Assembly: GCA_051362555.1 (NCBI GenBank)
Contig: JBPQGU010000016.1
Location: 5,084,001 to 5,148,000, forward strand
Reading direction: 5' to 3'
DNA from: Lingula anatina
Lineage: Eukaryota > Animalia > Brachiopoda
Length of the DNA stretch: 64,000 bases
This document shows positions 1 through 11,499 of this stretch, in pieces. The notes under the pieces are model-generated. The model was not told the origin of the DNA, did no database searches, and saw only the letters and a program-made list of their open reading frames with translations. Each line of letters starts with the position of its first letter. Position 1 is the stretch's first letter. Made by a program: the position numbers and the translations under genes.

Positions 1-80
1 AGGTGTGGTAGATTGATTTTCGTCACTTTTTGGAAAAATCTGAGACGGGTCGATTTTTGGTGATTTTGAGTGATTTTGAT

Positions 81-94
81 CAGTGCCGGCACTG
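81..94. other. 14-bp perfect palindrome CAGTGCCGGCACTG, one per monomer (first copy shown)
   Basis: Self-reverse-complementary and reads identically on both arms. Occasional point variants occur (gtcggc, gctggc, gccagc). Confidence 0.95.
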
Positions 95-247
95 TGAGAT
101 TTCTTCAATTTTGGCCAGGTAGGGATGAAAAATTTTTTTCTTCGTTATAGTGTCAGGTAGGTGTGTTCGGTCATTTGTAGTAAGAATAAAGTGCTGGAAG
201 AGTGGTGGTGTCATCATTAAGGAAGAAATAGAGCAAAAACTGTGTCT

Positions 248-259
248 CCCCCCCCCCCC
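248..259 (+). repeat. Variable poly-C/poly-G tract, one per monomer (first copy shown)
   Basis: C12 here, C8 at 1340, C18 at 2426 and 6423, G7 at 55661. It accounts for nearly all monomer length variation. Confidence 0.95.
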
Positions 260-3200
260 TCTCAGATTCTGTTCTCAGAGCTCATTTTTGGATCATCTTT
301 AAAGCTAGAATTGGGGGCCTTGATGAAGTGACCCGGGCGCGTTTCCACATTTTTTATGAATGACAGGTGTGGTAGATTGATTTTCGTCACTTTTTGGAAA
401 AATCTGAGACGGGTCGATTTTTGGTGATTTTGAGTGATTTTGATCAGTGCCGGCACTGTGAGATTTCTTCAATTTTGGCCAGGTAGGGATGAAAAATTTT
501 TTTCTTCGTTATAGTGTCAGGTAGGTGTGTTCGGTCATTTGTAGTAAGAATAAAGTGCTGGAAGAGTGGTGGTGTCATCATTAAGGAAGAAATAGAGCAA
601 AAACTGTGACTCCCCCCCCCCCCTCTCAGATTCTGTTCTCAGAGCTCATTTTTGGATCATCTTTAAAGCTAGAATTGGGGGCCTTGATGAAGTGACCCGG
701 GCGCGTTTCCACATTTTTTATGAATGACAGGTGTGGTAGATTGATTTTCGTGACTTTTTGGAAAATTCTGAGACGGGTCGATTTTTGGTGATTTTGAGTG
801 ATTTTGATCAGTGCCGGCACTGTGAGATTTCTTCAATTTTGGCCAGGTAGGGATGAAAAATTTTTTTCTTCGTTATAGTGTCAGGTAGGTGTGTTCGGTC
901 ATTTGTAGTAAGAATAAAGTGCTGGAAGAGTGGTGGTGTCATCATTAAGGAAGAAATAGAGCAAAAACTGTGTCTCCCCCCCCCCCCTCTCAGATTCTGT
1001 TCTCAGAGCTCATTTTTGGATCATCTTTAAAGCTAGAATTGGGGTCCTTGATGAAGTGACCCGGGCGCGTTTCCACATTTTTTATGAATGACAGGTGTGG
1101 TAGATTGATTTTCGTCACTTTTTGGAAAAATCTGAGACGGGTCGATTTTTGGTGATTTTGAGTGATTTTGATCAGTGCCGGCACTGTGAGATTTCTTCAA
1201 TTTTGGCCAGGTAGGGATGAAAAATTTTTTTCTTCGTTATAGTGTCAGGTAGGTGTGTTCGGTCATTTGTAGTAAGAATAAAGTGCTGGAAGAGTGGTGG
1301 TGTCATCATTAAGGAAGAAATAGAGCAAAAACTGTGTCTCCCCCCCCTCTCAGATTCTGTTCTCAGAGCTCATTTTTGGATCATCTTTAAAGCTAGAATT
1401 GGGGGCCTTGATGAAGTGACCCGGGCGCGTTTCCACATTTTTTATGAATGACAGGTGTGGTAGATTGATTTTCGTCACTTTTTGGAAAAATCTGAGACGG
1501 GTCGATTTTTGGTGATTTTGAGTGATTTTGATCAGTGCCGGCACTGTGAGATTTCTTCAATTTTGGCCAGGTAGGGATGAAAAATTTTTTTCTTCGTTAT
1601 AGTGTCAGGTAGGTGTGTTCGGTCATTTGTAGTAAGAATAAAGTGCTGGAAGAGTGGTGGTGTCATCATTAAGGAAGAAATAGAGCAAAAACTGTGTCTC
1701 CCCCCCCCCTCTCAGATTCTGTTCTCAGAGCTCATTTTTGGATCATCTTTAAAGCTAGAATTGGGGGCCTTGATGAAGTGACCCGGGCGCGTTTCCACAT
1801 TTTTTATGAATGACAGGTATGTTAGATTGATTTTCGTCACTTTTTGGAAAAATCTGAGACGGGTCGATTTTTGGTGATTTTGAGTGATTTTGATCAGTGC
1901 CGGCACTGTAAGATTTCTTCAATTTTGGCCAGGTAGGGATGAAAAATTTTTTTCTTCGTTATAGTGTCAGGTAGGTGTGTTCGGTCATTTGTAGTAAGAA
2001 TAAAGTGCTGGAAGAGTGGTGGTGTCATCATTAAGGAAGAAATAGAGCAAAAACTGTGTCTCCCCCCCCCCCCTCTCAGATTCTGTTTTCAGAGCTCATT
2101 TTTGGATCATCTTTAAAGCTAGAATTGGGGGCCTAGATGAAGTGACCCGGGCGCGTTTCCACATTTTTTATGAATGAAAGGTGTGGTAGATTGATTTTCG
2201 TCACTTTTTGGAAAAATCTGAGACGGGTCGATTTTTGGTGATTTTGAGTGATTTTGATCAGTGCCGGCACTGTGAGATTTCTTCAATTTTGGCCAGGTAG
2301 GGATGAAAAATTTTTTTCTTCGTTATAGTGTCAGGTAGGTGTGTTCGGTCATTTGTAGTAAGAATAAAGTGCTGGAAGAGTGGTGGTGTCATCATTAAGG
2401 AAGAAATAGAGCATAAACTGTGTCTCCCCCCCCCCCCCCCCCCTCTCAGATTCTGTTCTCAGAGCTCATTTTTGGATCATTTTTAAAGCTAGAATTGGGG
2501 ACCTTGATGAAGTGACCCGGGCGCGTTTCCACATTTTTTATGAATGACAGGTGTGGTAGATTGATTTTCGTCACTTTTTGGAAAAATCTGAGACGGGTCG
2601 ATTTTTGGTGATTTTGAGTGATTTTGATCAGTGCCGGCACTGTGATATTTCTTCAATTTTGGCCAGGTAGGGATGAAAAATTTTTTTCTTCGTTATAGTG
2701 TCAGGTAGGTGTGTTCGGTCATTTGTAGTAAGAATAAAGTGCTGGAAGAGTGGTGGTGTCATCATTAAGGAAGAAATAGAGCAAAAACTGTGTCTCCCCC
2801 CCCCTCTCAGATTCTGTTCTCAGAGCTCATTTTTGGATCATCTTTAAAGCTAGAATTGGGGGCCTTGATGAAGTGACCCGGGCGCGTTTCCACATTTTTT
2901 ATGAATGACAGGTGTGGTAGATTGATTTTCGTGACTTTTTGGAAAATTCTGAGACGGGTCGATTTTTGGTGATTTTGAGTGATTTTGATCAGTGCCGGCA
3001 CTGTGAGATTTCTTCAATTTTGGCCAGGTAGGGATGAAAAATTTTTTTCTTCGTTATAGTGTCAGGTAGGTGTGTTCGGTCATTTGTAGTAAGAATAAAG
3101 TGCTGGAAGAGTGGTGGTGTCATCATTAAGGAAGAAATAGAGCAAAAACTGTGTCTCCCCCCCCCCCCCTCTCAGATTCTGTTCTCAGAGCTCATTTTTG

Positions 3201-4979
3201 GATCATCTTTAAAGCTAGAATTGGGGTCCTTGATGAAGTGACCCGGGCGCGTTTCCACATTTTTTATGAATGACAGGTGTGGTAGATTGATTTTCGTCAC
3301 TTTTTGGAAAAATCTGAGACGGGTCGATTTTGGGTGATTTTGAGTGATTTTGATCAGTGCCGGCACTGTGAGATTTCTTCAATTTTGGCCAGGTAGGGAT
3401 GAAAAATTTTTTTCTTCGTTATAGTGTCAGGTAGGTGTGTTCGGTCATTTGTAGTAAGAATAAAGTGCTGGAAGAGTGGTGGTGTCATCATTAAGGAAGA
3501 AATAGAGCAAAAACTGTGTCTCCACCCCCCCCCCCTCTCAGATTCTGTTCTCAGAGCTCATTTTTGGATCATCTTTAAAGCTAGAATTGGGGTCCTTGAT
3601 GAAGTGACCCGGGCGCGTTTCCACATTTTTTATGAATGACAGGTGTGGTAGATTGATTTTCGTCACTTTTTGGAAAAATCTGAGACGGGTCGATTTTTGG
3701 TGATTTTGAGTGATTTTGATCAGTGCCGGCACTGTGAGATTTCTTCAATTTTGGCCAGGTAGGGATGAAAAATTTTTTTCTTCGTTATAGTGTCAGGTAG
3801 GTGTGTTCGGTCATTTGTAGTAAGAATAAAGTGCTGGAAGAGTGGTGGTGTCATCATTAAGGAAGAAATAGAGCAAAAACTGTGTCTCCCCCCCCCTCTC
3901 AGATTCTGTTCTCAGAGCTCATTTTTGGATCATCTTTAAAGCTAGAATTGGGGGCCTTGATGAAGTGACCCGGGCGCGTTTCCACATTTTTTATGAATGA
4001 CAGGTGTGGTAGATTGATTTTCGTCACTTTTTGGAAAAATCTGAGACGGGTCGATTTTTGGTGATTTTGAGTGATTTTGATCAGTGCCGGCACTGTGAGA
4101 TTTCTTCAATTTTGGCCAGGTAGGGATGAAAAATTTTTTTCTTCGTTATAGTGTCAGGTAGGTGTGTTCGGTCATTTGTAGTAAGAATAAAGTGCTGGAA
4201 GAGTGGTGGTGTCATCATTAAGGAAAAAATAGAGCAAAAACTGTGTCTCCCCCCCCCTCTCAGATTCTGTTCTCAGAGCTCATTTTTGGATCATCTTTAA
4301 AGCTAGAATTGGGGGCCTTGATGAAGTGACCCGGGCGCGTTTCCACATTTTTTATGAATGACAGGTATGGTAGATTGATTTTCGTCACTTTTTGGAAAAA
4401 TCTGAGACGGGTCGATTTTTGGTGATTTTGAGTGATTTTGATCAGTGCCGGCACTGTAAGATTTCTTCAATTTTGGCCAGGTAGGGATGAAAAATTTTTT
4501 TCTTCGTTATAGTGTCAGGTAGGTGTGTTCGGTCATTTGTAGTAAGAATAAAGTGCTGGAAGAGTGGTGGTGTCATCATTAAGGAAGAAATAGAGCAAAA
4601 ACTGTGTCTCCCCCCCCCCCCTCTCAGATTCTGTTTTCAGAGCTCATTTTTGGATCATCTTTAAAGCTAGAATTGGGGGCCTAGATGAAGTGACCCGGGC
4701 GCGTTTCCACATTTTTCATGAATGAAAGGTGTGGTAGATTGATTTTCGTCACTTTTTGGAAAAATCTGAGACGGGTCGATTTTTGGTGATTTTGAGTGAT
4801 TTTGATCAGTGCCGGCACTGTGAGATTTCTTCAATTTTGGCCAGGTAGGGATGAAAAATTTTTTTCTTCGTTATAGTGTCAGGTAGGTGTGTTCGGTCAT
4901 TTGTAGTAAGAATAAAGTGCTGGAAGAGTGGTGGTGTCATCATTAAGGAAGAAATAGAGCATAAACTGTGTCTCCCCCC

Positions 4980-7150
4980 CCCCCCTCTCAGATTCTGTTC
5001 TCAGAGCTCATTTTTGGATCATCTTTAAAGCTAGAATTGGGGACCTTGATGAAGTGACCCGGGCGCGTTTCCACATTTTTTATGAATGACAGGTGTGGTA
5101 GATTGATTTTCGTCACTTTTTGGAAAAATCTGAGACGGGTCAATTTTTGGTGATTTTGAGTGATTTTGATCAGTGCCGGCACTGTGATATTTCTTCAATT
5201 TTGGCCAGGTAGGGATGAAAAATTTTTTTCTTCGTTATAGTGTCAGGTAGGTGTGTTCGGTCATTTGTAGTAAGAATAAAGTGCTGGAAGAGTGGTGGTG
5301 TCATCATTAAGGAAGAAATAGAGCAAAAACTGTGTCTCCCCCCCCCTCTCAGATTCTCTTCTCAGAGCTCATTTTTGGATCATCTTTAAAGCTAGAATAG
5401 GGGGCCTTGATGAAGTGACCCGGGCGCGTTTCCACATTTTTTATGAATGACAGGTGTGGTAGATTGATTTTCGTCACTTTTTGGAAAAATCTGAGACGGG
5501 TCGATTTTTGGTGATTTTGAGTGATTTTGATCAGTGCCGGCACTGTGAGATTTCTTCAATTTTGGCCAGGTAGGGATGAAAAATTTTTTTCTTCGTTATA
5601 GTGTCAGGTAGGTGTGTTCGGTCATTTGTAGTAAGAATAAAGGGCTGGAAGAGTGGTGGTGTCATCATTAAGGAAGAAATAGAGCAAAAACTGTGTCTCC
5701 CCCCCCCCCCTCTCAGATTCTGTTCTCAGAGCTCATTTTTGGATCATCTTTAAAGCTAGAATTGGGGACCTTGATGAAGTGACCCGGGCGCGTTTCCACA
5801 TTTTTTATGAATAACAGGTGTGGTAGATTGATTTTCGTCACTTTTTGGAAAAATCTGAGACGGGTCGATTTTTGGTGATTTTGAGTGATTTTGATCAGTG
5901 CCGGCACTGTGATATTTCTTCAATTTTGGCCAGGTAGGGATGAAAAATTTTTTTCTTCGTTATAGTGTCAGGTAGGTGTGTTCGGTCATTTGTAGTAAGA
6001 ATAAAGTGCTGGAAGAGTGGTGGTGTCATCATTAAGGAAGAAATAGAGCAAAAACTGTGTCTCCCCCCTCTCTCAGATTCTGTTCTCAGAGCTCATTTTT
6101 GGATCATCTTTAAAGCTAGAATAGGGGGCCTTGATGAAGTGACCCGGGCGCGTTTCCACATTTTTTATGAATGACAGGTGTGGTAGATTGATTTTCGTCA
6201 CTTTTTGGAAAAATCTGAGACGGGTCGATTTTTGGTGATTTTGAGTGATTTTGATCAGTGCCGGCACTGTGAGATTTCTTCAATTTTGGCCAGGTAGGGA
6301 TGAAAAATTTTTTTCTTCGTTATAGTGTCAGGTAGGTGTGTTCGGTCATTTGTAGTAAGAATAAAGTGCTGGAAGAGTGGTGGTGTCATCATTAAGGAAG
6401 AAATAGAGCAAAAACTGTGTCTCCCCCCCCCCCCCCCCCCTCTCAGATTCTGTTCTCAGAGCTCATTTTTGGATCATCTTTAAAGCTAGAATTGGGGACC
6501 TTGATGAAGTGACCCGGGCGCGTTTCCACATTTTTTATGAATGACAGGTGTGGTAGATTGATTTTCGTCACTTTTTGGAAAAATCTGAGACGGGTCGATT
6601 TTTGGTGATTTTGAGTGATTTTGATCAGTGCCGGCACTGTGATATTTCTTCAATTTTGGCCAGGTAGGGATGAAAAATTTTTTTCTTCGTTATAGTGTCA
6701 GGTAGGTGTGTTCGGTCATTTGTAGTAAGAATAAAGTGCTGGAAGAGTGGTGGTGTCATCATTAAGGAAGAAATAGAGGAAAAACTGTGTCTCCCCCCCC
6801 CCTCTCAGATTCTGTTCTCAGAGCTCATTTTTGGATCATCTTTAAAGCTAGAATAGGGGGCCTTGATGAAGTGACCCGGGCGCGTTTCCACATTTTTTAT
6901 GAATGACAGGTGTGGTAGATTCATTTTCGTCACTTTTTGGAAAAATCTGAGACGGGTCAATTTTTGGTGATTTTGAGTGATTTTGATCAGTGCCGGCACT
7001 GTGAGATTTCTTCAATTTTGGCCAGGTAGGGATGAAAAATTTTTTTCTTCGTTATAGTGTCAGGTAGGTGTGTTCGGTCATTTGTAGTAAGAATAAAGTG
7101 CTGGAAGAGTGGTGGTGTCATCATTAAGGAAGAAATAGAGCAAAAACTGT
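4980..7150 (+). repeat. Local 2-mer higher-order repeat (x3)
   Basis: Monomers with ggggacc + gtgatat (~5041, 5765, 6495) alternate with monomers carrying gaatagggg (~5398, 6122, 6853). Confidence 0.8.
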
Positions 7151-8939
7151 GTCTCCCCCCCCCCCCCTCTCAGATTCTGTTCTCAGAGCTCATTTTTGGA
7201 TCATCTTTAAAGCTAGAATTGGGGGCCTTGATGAAGTGACCCGGGCGCGTTTCCACATTTTTTATGAATGACAGGTGTGGTAGATTGATTTTCGTCACTT
7301 TTTGTAAAAATCTGAGACGGGTCGATTTTTGGTGATTTTGATTGATTTTGATCAGTGCTGGCACTGTGAGATTTCTTCAATTTTGGCCAGGTAGGGATGA
7401 AAAATTTTTTTCTTCATTATAGTGTCAGGTAGGTGTGTTCGGTCATTTGTAGTAAGAATAAAGTGCTGGAAGAGTGGTGGTGTCATCATTAAGGAAGAAA
7501 TAGAGCAAAAACTGTGTCTCCACCCCCCCTCTCAGATTCTGTTCTCAGAGCTCATTTTTGGATCATCTTTAAAGCTAGAATTGGGGGCCTTGATGAAGTG
7601 ACCCGGGTGCGTTTCCACATTTTTTATGAATGACAGGTGTGGTAGATTGATTTTCGTCACTTTTTGGAAAAATCTGAGACGGGTCGATTTTTGGTGATTT
7701 TGAGTGATTTTGATCAGTGCCGGCACTGTGAGATTTCTTCAATTTTGGCCAGGTAGGGATGAAAAATTTTTTTCTTCGTTATAGTGTCAGGTAGGTGTGT
7801 TCAGTCATTTGTAGTAAGAATAAAGTGCTGGAAGAGTGGTGGTGTCATCATTAAGGAAGAAATAAAGCAAAAACTGTGTCTCCCCCCCCCCCTCTCAGAT
7901 TCTGTTCTCAGAGCTCATTTTTGGATCATCTTTAAAGCTAGAATTGGGGGCCTTGATGAAGTGACCCGGGCGCGTTTCCACATTTTTTATGAATGACAGG
8001 TGTGGTAGATTGATTTTCGTCACTTTTTGGAAAAATCTGAGACGGGTCGATTTTTGGTGATTTTGAGTGATTTTGATCAGTGCCGGCACTGTGAGATTTC
8101 TTCAATTTTGGCCAGGTAGGGATGAAAAATTTTTTTCTTCGTTATAGTGTCAGGTAGGTGTGTTCGGTCATTTGTAGTAAGAATAAAGTGCTGGAAGAGT
8201 GGTGGTGTCATCATTAAGGAAGAAATAGAGCAAAAACTGTGTCTCCCCCCCCTCTCAGATTCTGTTCTCAGAGCTCATTTTTGGATCATCTTTAAAGCTA
8301 GAATTGGGGGCCTTGATGAAGTGACCCGGGCGCGTTTCCACATTTTTTATGAATGACAGGTGTGGTAGATTGATTTTCGTCACTTTTTGGAAAAATCTGA
8401 GACGGGTCGATTTTTGGTGATTTTGAGTGATTTTGATCAGTGCCGGCACTGTGAGATTTCTTCAATTTTGGCCAGGTAGGGATGAAAAATTTTTTTCTTC
8501 GTTATAGTGTCAGGTAGGTGTGTTCGGTCATTTGTAGTAAGAATAAAGTGCTGGAAGAGTGGTGGTGTCATCATTAAGGAAGAAATAGAGCAAAAACTGT
8601 GTCTCCACCCCCCCTCTCAGATTCTGTTCTCAGAGCTCATTTTTGGATCATCTTTAAAGCTAGAATTGGGGGCCTTGATGAAGTGACCCGGGCGCGTTTC
8701 CACATTTTTTATGAATGACAGGTGTGGTAGATTGATTTTCATCACTTTTTGGAAAAATCTGAGACGGGTCGATTTTTGGTGATTTTGAGTGATTTTGATC
8801 AGTGCCGGCACTGTGAGATTTCTTCAATTTTGGCCAGGTAGGGATGAAAAATTTTTTTCTTCGTTATAGTGTCAGGTAGGTGTGTTCGGTCATTTGTAGT
8901 AAGAATAAAGTGCTGGAAGAGTGGTGGTGTCATCATTAA

Positions 8940-11330
8940 GGAAGAAAAAGAGCAAAAACTGTGTCTCCCCCCCCCTCTCAGATTCTGTTATCAAAGCTCA
9001 TTTTTGGATCATCTTTAAAGCTAGAATTGGGGGCCTTGATGAAGTGACCCGGGCACGTTTCCACATTTTTTATGAATGACAGGTGTGGTAGATTGATTTT
9101 CGTCACTTTTTGGAAAAATCTAAGATGGGTCGATTTTTGGTGATTTTGAGTGATTTTGATCAGTGCCGGCACTGTGAGATTTCTTCAATTTTGGCCAGGT
9201 AGGGATGAAAAATTTTTTTCTTCGTTATAGTGTCAGGTAGGTGTGTTCGGTCATTTGTAGTAAGAATAAAGTGCTGGAAGAGTGGTGGTGTCATCATTAA
9301 GGAAGAAATAGAGCAAAAACTGTGTCTCCCCCCCCTCTCAGATTCTGTTCTCAGAGCTCATTTTTGGATCATCTTTAAAGCTAGAATTGGGGGCCTTGAT
9401 GAAGTGACCCGGGCGCGTTTCCACATTTTTTATGAATGACAGGTGTGGTAGATTGATTTTCGTCACTTTTTGGAAAAATCTGAGACGGGTCGATTTTTGG
9501 TGATTTTGAGTGATTTTGATCAGTGTCGGCACTGTGAGATTTCTTCAATTTTGGCCAGGTAGGGATGAAAAATTTTTTTCTTCGTTATAGTGTCAGTTAG
9601 GTGTGTTCGGTCATTTGTAGTAAGAATAAAGTGCTGGAAGAGTGGTGGTGTCATCATTAAGGAAGAAAAAGAGCAAAAACTGTGTCTCCCCCCCCTCTCA
9701 GATTCTGTTATCAAAGCTCATTTTTGGATCATCTTTAAAGCTAGAATTGGGGGCCTTGATGAAGTGACCCGGGCGCGTTTCCACATTTTTTATGAATGAC
9801 AGGTGTGGTAGATTGATTTTCGTCACTTTTTGGAAAAATCTAAGATGGGTCGATTTTTGGTGATTTTGAGTGATTTTGATCAGTGCCGGCACTGTGAGAT
9901 TTCTTCAATTTTGGCCAGGTAGGGATGAAAAATTTTTTTCTTCGTTATAGTGTCAGGTAGGTGTGTTCGGTCATTTGTAGTAAGAATAAAGTGCTGGAAG
10001 AGTGGTGGTGTCATCATTAAGGAAGAAAAAGAGCAAAAACTGTGTCTCCCCCCCCCTCTCAGATTCTGTTATCAAAGCTCATTTTTGGATCATCTTTAAA
10101 GCTAGAATTGGGGGCCTTGATGAAGTGACCCGGGCACGTTTCCACATTTTTTATGAATGACAGGTGTGGTAGATTGATTTTCGTCACTTTTTGGAAAAAT
10201 CTAAGATGGGTCGATTTTTGGTGATTTTGAGTGATTTTGATCAGTGCCGGCACTGTGAGATTTCTTCAATTTTGGCCAGGTAGGGATGAAAAATTTTTTT
10301 CTTCGTTATAGTGTCAGGTAGGTGTGTTCGGTCATTTGTAGTAAGAATAAAGTGCTGGAAGAGTGGTGGTGTCATCATTAAGGAAGAAATAGAGCAAAAA
10401 CTGTGTCTCCCCCCCCCTCTCAGATTCTGTTCTCAGAGCTCATTTTTGGATCATCTTTAAAGCTAGAATTGGGGGCCTTGATGAAGTGACCCGGGCGCGT
10501 TTCCACATTTTTTATGAATGACAGGTGTGGTAGATTGATTTTCGTCACTTTTTGGAAAAATCTGAGACGGGTCGATTTTTGGTGATTTTGAGTGATTTTG
10601 ATCAGTGTCGGCACTGTGAGATTTCTTCAATTTTGGCCAGGTAGGGATGAAAAATTTTTTTCTTCGTTATAGTGTCAGTTAGGTGTGTTCGGTCATTTGT
10701 AGTAAGAATAAAGTGCTGGAAGAGTGGTGGTGTCATCATTAAGGAAGAAAAAGAGCAAAAACTGTGTCTCCCCCCCCTCTCAGATTCTGTTATCAAAGCT
10801 CATTTTTGGATCATCTTTAAAGCTAGAATTGGGGGCCTTGATGAAGTGACCCGGGCGCGTTTCCACATTTTTTATGAATGACAGGTGTGGTAGATTGATT
10901 TTCGTCACTTTTTGGAAAAATCTAAGATGGGTCGATTTTTGGTGATTTTGAGTGATTTTGATCAGTGCCGGCACTGTGAGATTTCTTCAATTTTGGCCAG
11001 GTAGGGATGAAAAATTTTTTTCTTCGTTATAGTGTCAGGTAGGTGTGTTCGGTCATTTGTAGTAAGAATAAAGTGCTGGAAGAGTGGTGGTGTCATCATT
11101 AAGGAAGAAATAGAGCAAAAACTGTGTCTCCCCCCCCCCTCTCAGATTCTGTTCTCAGAGCTCATTTTTGGATCATCTTTAAAGCTAGAATTGGGGGCCT
11201 TGATGAAGTGACCCGGGCGCGTTTCCACATTTTTTATGAATGACAGGTGTGGTAGATTGATTTTCGTCACTTTTTGGAAAAATCTGAGACGGGTCGATTT
11301 TTGGTGATTTTGAGTGATTTTGATCAGTGT
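8940..11330 (+). repeat. Local 3-mer higher-order repeat (~1081 bp, x2)
   Basis: Markers ttatcaaag/ctaagatggg/gggcacg, cagtgtcgg and cagttagg recur at 1081-1082 bp (8978/10059, 9338/10420, 9698/10780). Confidence 0.85.
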
Positions 11331-11499
11331 CGGCACTGTGAGATTTCTTCAATTTTGGCCAGGTAGGGATGAAAAATTTTTTTCTTCGTTATAGTGTCAG
11401 GTAGGTGTGTTCGGTCATTTGTAGTAAGAATAAAGTGCTGGAAGAGTGTTGGTGTCATCATTAAGGAAGAAATAGAGCAAAAACTGTGTCTCCTCCCCC

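Noticed and set aside
100-165. Spliced-leader or snRNA gene repeat (Sm-like AATTTTGG, CAG|GTAGG donor-like motifs)
   Set aside because: The motifs are short and expected in T-rich sequence, the best donor-like sites lie downstream of the Sm-like site within the unit, and there is no match to a leader sequence I recognise.
1-364. 5S rDNA or tRNA tandem unit (similar unit size, T-run resembling a Pol III terminator)
   Set aside because: No recognisable 5S sequence, internal control boxes or cloverleaf on either strand, and no ~120-bp segment spared from variation. An Rfam cmscan would be decisive.
1-364. Assignment to a named ~360-bp satellite (Drosophila 359-bp/1.688, Tribolium TCAST, maize TR-1, rice TrsA)
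   Set aside because: Only the length is similar. I cannot recognise sequence identity, and a database search is required.
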